Shown one piece after another: positions 57,134 through 63,589 of a stretch of 63,589 bases of DNA. Position numbers and translations under genes: made by a program. This DNA is from Thraustochytrium aureum (Eukaryota): positions 1 to 63,589 of the forward strand of contig BLSG01000227.1 of the NCBI GenBank assembly GCA_012862495.1. The letters are read 5' to 3'. Below the pieces are notes generated by a model that saw only the letters and a program-made list of their open reading frames with translations, was not told where the DNA came from and did no database searches. How positions within the stretch are numbered: position 1 is the first letter of the stretch; every line of letters starts with the position of its first letter.

Positions 57134-59560
57134 ATGGGCGGCCCGCCCGTGTGGGTGTTCAGGCTGCTCAGGTGCGCGCTGAGCGCTGCGAGCGTCGATG
57201 CGTACGTGCTGCTGCCGCTCGCGGTGGTCGGCCTCGCGCTTGCGCTGCACGGGCTCGTCGCGAGCGGGGCGGCCGCCGGCGCGAGGGGCGCGTTCGTGGT
57301 ACTTGGGCTGGGGCTCGTCGGGGCCTTCGTGTACATGCTCTGGTGGGCCAAGCAGTTCCCGCAAGTCCCGGACCTAGACGACACGGACTTTGTGGCCATC
57401 TCCGACGGCGCGGCGGCCTTCCCAACTGCGCCCGCTGCGCCGCTGCGCCAAAACCTCATCGCGAAGGGGTCCGACTGGTTTCGCGACCGCGAGGGGCGCC
57501 GCATCCTGCTTCGCGGCGTCAACCTCTCTGGCGCGAGCAAGATGCCGACGCACCCGAACGGCGCCTCCTACATCCGCAACCACTTTTTGGAGTGGGAGGA
57601 CGTCTCGTTCGTGGGGCGCCCCTTCCCGCTACAGGAGGCCGACATCCACCTCGCGCGGCTCCGCGCCTGGGGCCTGACCTTCCTCCGCTTCCTGGTCACC
57701 TGGGAGGCGATCGAGCACGAGGGCCCAGGGGTCTACGACACAGACTACCTCGAGTACGTCGTTCAAGTGGTCCGGCGCTGCAAGGCGCACGGGATCTCTG
57801 TCTTCATCGACGCGCACCAGGACGTCTGGTCTCGTTGGACGGGCGGCGACGGCGCCCCCGCCTGGACCCTGACCAAGCTCGGTTTCGACCTCGCCAAGCT
57901 GGACGAGAGCGCCGCCGCCGTGACGCATCAGAACTTTGGCGACCCGTTCCCCAAAATGGTGTGGAACTCGAACAACGCCAGGCTCGCTGCGGGGACGATG
58001 TGGACCCTGTTCTTCGCCGGCAATGACTTTGCTCCGGAAACTGTCGTAGACGGCCAGCCTGTGCAAGAGTGGCTCCAAGGCCGATTCTGCGCCGCGATGG
58101 GCAAGGTCGCCGAGGCGCTCAAGAGCGAGGACAACGTCGTTGGTTTCGACCTCCTCAACGAGCCCAGCGTCGGGTTTGTCGGGATGCGCGACATGCGGGA
58201 CATTTCGGACAACAAGTTTTACGTCGGGTGGCGCGTCGCACCGTGGACGGCCATCGAGCTCGGCGCGGGGCACACGCGCGAGGTCGACTACTTTGACAGT
58301 TTTTTGATGTACGACGGCAAACGAGTCCTCAACCCGCGCCGCGCTTGCGCGTGGGCAACGGGGCCCAAGGCCTGCGTGTGGCGGCGCAACGGCGTTTGGG
58401 ACGTGGACGAGTCGAGTGGCGAGCCCCAGCTGCTCAAGCCCGACTACTTTGCGCGCAACCCGNNNNNNNNNNNNNNNNNNNNNNNNNNNNNNNNNNNNNN
58501 NNNNNNNNNNNNNNNNNNNNNNNNNNNNNNNNNNNNNNNNNNNNNNNNNNNNNNNNNNNNNNNNNNNNNNNNNNNNNNNNNNNNNNNNNNNNNNNNNNNN
58601 NNNNNNNNNNNNNNNNNNNNNNNNNNNNNNNNNNNNNNNNNNNNNNNNNNNNNNNNNNNNNNNNNNNNNNNNNNNNNNNNNNNNNNNNNNNNNNNNNNNN
58701 NNNNNNNNNNNNNNNNNNNNNNNNNNNNNNNNNNNNNNNNNNNNNNNNNNNNNNNNNNNNNNNNNNNNNNNNNNNNNNNNNNNNNNNNNNNNNNNNNNNN
58801 NNNNNNNNNNNNNNNNNNNNNNNNNNNNNNNNNNNNNNNNNNNNNNNNNNNNNNNNNNNNNNNNNNNNNNNNNNNNNNNNNNNNNNNNNNNNNNNNNNNN
58901 NNNNNNNNNNNNNNNNNNNNNNNNNNNNNNNNNNNNNNNNNNNNNNNNNNNNNNNNNNNNNNNNNNNNNNNNNNNNNNNNNNNNNNNNNNNNNNNNNNNN
59001 NNNNNNNNNNNNNNNNNNNNNNNNNNNNNNNNNNNNNNNNNNNNNNNNNNNNNNNNNNNNNNNNNNNNNNNNNNNNNNNNNNNNNNNNNNNNNNNNNNNN
59101 NNNNNNNNNNNNNNNNNNNTACCCGCACGGCGTGGAGGTTTCCATTTCGGGCGGGGGCAAGTACGAGCTTGACTGGGCCACGCAGACCATGACCTACAGG
59201 CACGACCCGTCTGAGAAGTTTCACAACATCGTGGTCGAAAAGGTCTGTGCGGATCGCCCGAAGCTTGGCCAGGTCGCCATAGCTTCCCGCGGCCGCAAGC
59301 TCGTTGCTGGGGGCAAGGCCGTGTCCGATTCGCCGTTCCACCGCCCAGACGACAGCCCAAGTAAAAAGGCCAGCCTGGTTGTTGTTGACGAGGACATGGC
59401 GCGGAAGGGCATCGCTCAACTCGACCACGTCTTTGACCATGACCAGCGAACTTCGCTCGCGTCTGGGGGCACGGACGGATCGTATGGGAATGGGGACGTT
59501 CACGTCGCGCTCATGGGGCCCGGCGATGCGTCCGCTGAAGACGAGGCGCATTCGCTCTAG
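57134..59560 (+). CDS. GH5 endoglycoceramidase-related protein (EGCrP / steryl-beta-glucosidase type) with two N-terminal TM helices; internal gap
   Basis: 'LRGVNLSGASKMP', 'SFVGRPFPL', 'TWEAIEHEGPGVYD', 'DAHQDVWSRWTGGDGAP', acid/base 'LLNEP'. Confidence 0.88.
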   Translation: MGGPPVWVFRLLRCALSAASVDAYVLLPLAVVGLALALHGLVASGAAAGARGAFVVLGLGLVGAFVYMLWWAKQFPQVPDLDDTDFVAISDGAAAFPTAPAAPLRQNLIAKGSDWFRDREGRRILLRGVNLSGASKMPTHPNGASYIRNHFLEWEDVSFVGRPFPLQEADIHLARLRAWGLTFLRFLVTWEAIEHEGPGVYDTDYLEYVVQVVRRCKAHGISVFIDAHQDVWSRWTGGDGAPAWTLTKLGFDLAKLDESAAAVTHQNFGDPFPKMVWNSNNARLAAGTMWTLFFAGNDFAPETVVDGQPVQEWLQGRFCAAMGKVAEALKSEDNVVGFDLLNEPSVGFVGMRDMRDISDNKFYVGWRVAPWTAIELGAGHTREVDYFDSFLMYDGKRVLNPRRACAWATGPKACVWRRNGVWDVDESSGEPQLLKPDYFARNPXXXXXXXXXXXXXXXXXXXXXXXXXXXXXXXXXXXXXXXXXXXXXXXXXXXXXXXXXXXXXXXXXXXXXXXXXXXXXXXXXXXXXXXXXXXXXXXXXXXXXXXXXXXXXXXXXXXXXXXXXXXXXXXXXXXXXXXXXXXXXXXXXXXXXXXXXXXXXXXXXXXXXXXXXXXXXXXXXXXXXXXXXXXXXXXXXXXXXXXXXXXXXXXXXXXXXXXXXXXYPHGVEVSISGGGKYELDWATQTMTYRHDPSEKFHNIVVEKVCADRPKLGQVAIASRGRKLVAGGKAVSDSPFHRPDDSPSKKASLVVVDEDMARKGIAQLDHVFDHDQRTSLASGGTDGSYGNGDVHVALMGPGDASAEDEAHSL

Positions 59561-59653
59561 TCGGAGCGCTCCGCGCCGGGCGTCAGCCGAAGCTGGTCAT
59601 TGCATGTCTCCAATAGAATAGCCAGGTCGAGCAGGAGCGCGACCAACCCCGAA

Positions 59654-59768
59654 CTTGCCAAACCAACCAGCAGCAACTGTAGTCAAAACCAACCAGCAGA
59701 GCTTGTCAAACCAAACAGCAGCAACTGTAGTCAAAACCAACCAGCGGAGCTTGTCAAACCAAACAGCG
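59654..59768. repeat. 48-bp tandem repeat, about 2.4 copies, between the GH5 gene and RAD50
   Basis: Unit CAGCAGCAACTGTAGTCAAAACCAACCAGC(A/G)GAGCTTGTCAAACCAAA. Confidence 0.85.
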
Positions 59769-60137
59769 GCTCGTCAAACCATACAGGCCAGCTCGGGCAG
59801 TCCGTCCGAGTCCGTGGAGCACGGGCAACCCGCCCAACATCGGCACAAATAGCGGAGCGCGATCTGAACTAATAACATCATCTTCTGCTTGGCAGACATG
59901 GAACGCCGCAGACGCGCAGCGGACCGCAGTGGGGAGCGCGGCAGGCAGCCCCAGACCAGAGAGACCGGCAGGCAGGCCGGCGGGGATACCTACTCGCTGT
60001 GGGCGCTGTGGTTGACGGCGCGCTCGCTGGGTCTCGTGGCGGACCGCGCGCCTGCGGAGGAGCTCTGCAGAAACGATCTGGTCGTCAGGGCGGCGTTCTG
60101 GGTCGAAACCTGCTGGCTTCGACGGAACGCGGCCAGG

Positions 60138-63100
60138 ATGGCGTCCGTCGAGAGGCTCGAGTTCTCGGGGATCAGGAGCTTTGAAGGAAGCGCCTCGCTC
60201 GACTTTCACGGGTCGCCACTGACCGTGATCAGCGGGATGAACGGGTGCGGCAAGACGACGATCATTGAATGCCTCAAGTACGCCACCACCGGTGCCTTGC
60301 CGCCAAACAGCTCGAACGGGCAGTCCTTTGTGCACGACCCAAAGCTGGCCAACTTTAGCGAGGTGAATGCCAAGGTTTCCGTCAAGCTGCGCGGGCGAAA
60401 CGGGCAAAAGCTGCTCGTGAACAGGCTGCTCAAGGTTCGACAGAAAAAGTCAAAGCTCGAGTTCAAGCAAGTGGACGCGACCGCCAAAGTGCGCAAAACC
60501 AAACACGGCGAGGCCGAGTCGGTGTCCGCCAAGTGCCTGGACATCAACCAAATGGCCTCCCAATTCTGGGGCGTCTCGCGCGCAATCCTGGAGAACGTCG
60601 TATTCTGCCATCAAGAAGAGTCGACCTGGCCGATGCAAGAGTCGTCCGTGCTCAAGAAAAAGTTTGACGACATCTTCGACAGCGCGCGGTACAACAAGGC
60701 CCTGGAGGAGGTCCGCAAGCAGCGCAAGCGGCTCGGCGACCTCGCCAAAGGACACGAAAAGGACAAGGCCGTGCGCGAGGCGGAGCGCCGCCAAGCAAAC
60801 ACCTACCGGAGCGAGTGCGCCGGCGTGCAAGACTCGCTGGACGCGCTCCGCAGCGAGATGGCCGAATTCGAGTCCGAGATGGGCGAGCTCAGCGCGACGG
60901 GCGCCGAGCTCCGCGCCAAGCTTGCGAGCGTAGCGGCAGAGCAAGAGCAGCTCAAGCAGACCGAGTTCAAGATCGAGCAGCGCAAGGTGGCCTGCAAGGA
61001 GGACAAGGAGCGCCTCGTGGCCGAATACAAAAAGGGCGGCGTCAAGGCGCTGCTGCGGCACCCCGATGATCGCGGGTACGCCGACGCCGCGAAGCGGCTC
61101 CAGGCTCTCCAAAGCAGCGCGGACGAGGAGGCCAAGTCCGCGCGCAGCGCTGTTGAAGGCGCCGAACGCGCTCACAAGCACGCCGAGGCCGCTCTCGCCC
61201 AAGCGCAGGCCAAGCGGCACGAGCTGGAGAAGCGGCGCTCGGCGCTCCTGGCACAGCTCAAGCTGCAAGAGGACGCCGAGCGCCGCCTGGTCGAGCGCCT
61301 CGCCAAGTTCCACCGCGACAGCGACTACGGGAAGCAAGCCGTGGCCGCCGCGCTCGAAACGGCGCTGNNNNNNNNNNNNNNNNNNNNNNNNNNNNNNNNN
61401 NNNNNNNNNNNNNNNNNNNNNNNNNNNNNNNNNNNNNNNNNNNNNNNNNNNNNNNNNNNNNNNNNNNNNNNNNNNNNNNNNNNNNNNNNNNNNNNNNNNN
61501 NNNNNNNNNNNNNNNNNNNNNNNNNNNNNNNNNNNNNNNNNNNNNNNNNNNNNNNNNNNNNNNNNNNNNNNNNNNNNNNNNNNNNNNNNNNNNNNNNNNN
61601 NNNNNNNNNNNNNNNNNNNNNNNNNNNNNNNNNNNNNNNNNNNNNNNNNNNNNNNNNNNNNNNNNNNNNNNNNNNNNNNNNNNNNNNNNNNNNNNNNNNN
61701 NNNNNNNNNNNNNNNNNNNNNNNNNNNNNNNNNNNNNNNNNNNNNNNNNNNNNNNNNNNNNNNNNNNNNNNNNNNNNNNNNNNNNNNNNNNNNNNNNNNN
61801 NNNNNNNNNNNNNNNNNNNNNNNNNNNNNNNNNNNNNNNNNNNNNNNNNNNNNNNNNNNNNNNNNNNNNNNNNNNNNNNNNNNNNNNNNNNNNNNNNNNN
61901 NNNNNNNNNNNNNNNNNNNNNNNNNNNNNNNNNNNNNNNNNNNNNNNNNNNNNNNNNNNNNNNNNNNNNNNNNNNNNNNNNNNNNNNNNNNNNNNNTCCC
62001 CGTAAGGTGCGCTCCATGGTCGAGCACGGGGGCTCGAGGTCGACCTAGACGCCGTGCGGAGCGAACTGGAGGACGCCCTGGAGGAGGCGCAGGACAGCCT
62101 CGCGGTGGACCGCAAGAAGCAGGAGCTCGCCAAGCTACAGCTTGCCCGCACCGGCCGTCAGTACCTCAAGATGATGCGCGCCGGCGGGTCCAAGGCCCCA
62201 GAGCGCCCCGCAAAGCGTGCCCTGCCCCTCCTGCAAACGCTCTTTCGAGCGCGAGTACCCCTTCGAAGGGCTTCAAGTCTACGGCCACCCGCTCAACCCG
62301 CCCGAGAATGCAAGGGAAGACCCCGCCGTCGTTTGGTGCCGCGAGTGGTTTGACGGCAACAAGCCTCGCAAGGATATTTCGTACACGCTCGAGGCCAAGG
62401 GAGGAGAGCCGCTCGAGCTCGTCTTTGGAAACGGCAAGCCACTCTTTGGCGTGGAGATGTTCCTCGCCTGGCTCGTCGTCTCCACAGGATACAACGCCTC
62501 CCCAGAGGCCACGCAAAAGCTCGAGATCAGCGCCGCCGAGGCCAAGGACAACCTCCGCGCCTTCAACGGCGCGTCAAGTTTGCTGGCGAGGCGAGCGACG
62601 GCGTCGCACGAGCTCGCCCTGCTCAGGACCGAACAGGAGACCCTTCGCGAGGAGGTCAAGCAGCTGGACCGCCGCGTGGAGCGGCTCGCGAGCCAAGTGG
62701 ACGACAAGGCCCGCGCCGAGAAGGACGCATCGCGTGCCGTTGAATTCGCCAGGGCGGCGCGCGACGCCCTTTCTGATGCCGTCAGCGTCCGTGATGAAGC
62801 GATGCTCGTCGGCAGCGAGCTCGGGATGGACGAGGGCGCCGTGCGAGGTGTGGGGGGGTCTGCCAGCGGTGCGACTGAAGCAGACGACGCTGCAAGCGGC
62901 GCCGGGCCGCTTGGGCTGGAGGACTCGCCCCTCGATGTTGCGCGCGACCAGCTTCGCGCGGCCACTGCCAAGCACCGCGACATCCAGCAGTCGCGTGAGC
63001 GCCTGCTTGAGCGGCGCGGCAAGTTCCAGCGCGAGACGCAAGAAGCGCAGGCCGAGGCGAACCGCCTCCAGCGCCAGTTGGCCGAGCTCGAGGAAAAGTC

Positions 63101-63589
63101 GCGCGAGGCCGATCGCCTCCGCAACGAGCAGCAGGAAGCCTTGGCGGCTCGCGCCGCAGCGGACGAGGCGCGCCTCGAGGCAAAGAAGCGGCTCGATGCG
63201 CTCCAGCGGCAACTCGATGACGCCGACGACGCCTTCAAGAAGGCCAGGCAGCGCGAGGATGACATGCTTGCCGGGCTGCGGGGCGTCGTCGACGGGCTCG
63301 TCAGGGACGCCTCGGTCGTCGAGAGCGAGTACAAGACGTGCAAGGCCGCCGCGGACAACGACGTAGCGAGCGAGATCGTGACGTTGAATGACGAGCTCGC
63401 GAGCAGCGACGGCGAGGTTTTCCGGCTGCGGCAGGACGTTGCGGAGCGCAGCAGCGCGCTAAACGCTGCTCGGACCACGGTGGAGGGCGCTGCTGCACAG
63501 CTGTTCAAGATCCAGCAGATCCTCAAGCTGGCGCGCGACACGAGCGAGGTGGAGGCGCTGCAGGAACAGCACGAGGGACTGGCCAAGAA
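60138..63589 (+). CDS. RAD50: DNA repair protein RAD50 (internal gap; indel near 62220; runs off the window)
   Basis: 'FSGIRSF', Walker A 'GMNGCGKTTIIECLKYATTG', 'SFVHDPK', Q-loop 'VFCHQEESTWP', 'LKKKFDDIF', coiled coil, zinc hook CPSC at 62223-62234. Confidence 0.93.

Noticed and set aside
7870..62225. Frequent frameshifts suggesting mass pseudogenisation or programmed frameshifting
   Set aside because: They also hit conserved genes (TTLL1, RAD50, WD40), often fall in homopolymers, share no slippery motif and come without in-frame stops. Low-coverage sequencing error is the simpler explanation.

Overview
A GC-rich, intron-poor eukaryotic draft scaffold with many N gaps and many 1-2 nt indels that break ORFs, probably mostly assembly errors. 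Ciliary genes (ARMC2, TTLL1), compact gene spacing and tetranucleotide microsatellites suggest a flagellated protist, possibly a thraustochytrid-like stramenopile (inference only). Recognisable genes: ARMC2, adenosine deaminase, tRNA-Asn, DYRKP-type kinase, eEF2K-like alpha-kinase, TTLL1, TIL-repeat protein, Frizzled/Smoothened-like GPCR plus a partial copy, SnoaL-like protein, bacterial-type thiolase, PAF-AH-like lipase, WD40 protein, Nudix hydrolase, P-loop NTPase, ANK-BRCT-PARP, GH5 endoglycoceramidase-related enzyme and RAD50. The main highlight is a cluster at 7.8-22.7 kb of five diverged paralogues combining a bZIP-like basic region, a zipper-loop-zipper and an unnamed ~300-aa domain with a START/helix-grip-like pattern. 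One member has lost the basic-region Asn and gained an AT-hook; another has four tandem AP-1 sites next to its start. Other oddities: an alpha-kinase lacking all four Zn ligands, a RAD50 insertion beside the zinc hook, and a bacterial-like thiolase ending in a PTS1-like -ANL. All family calls come from remembered motifs, not database searches.
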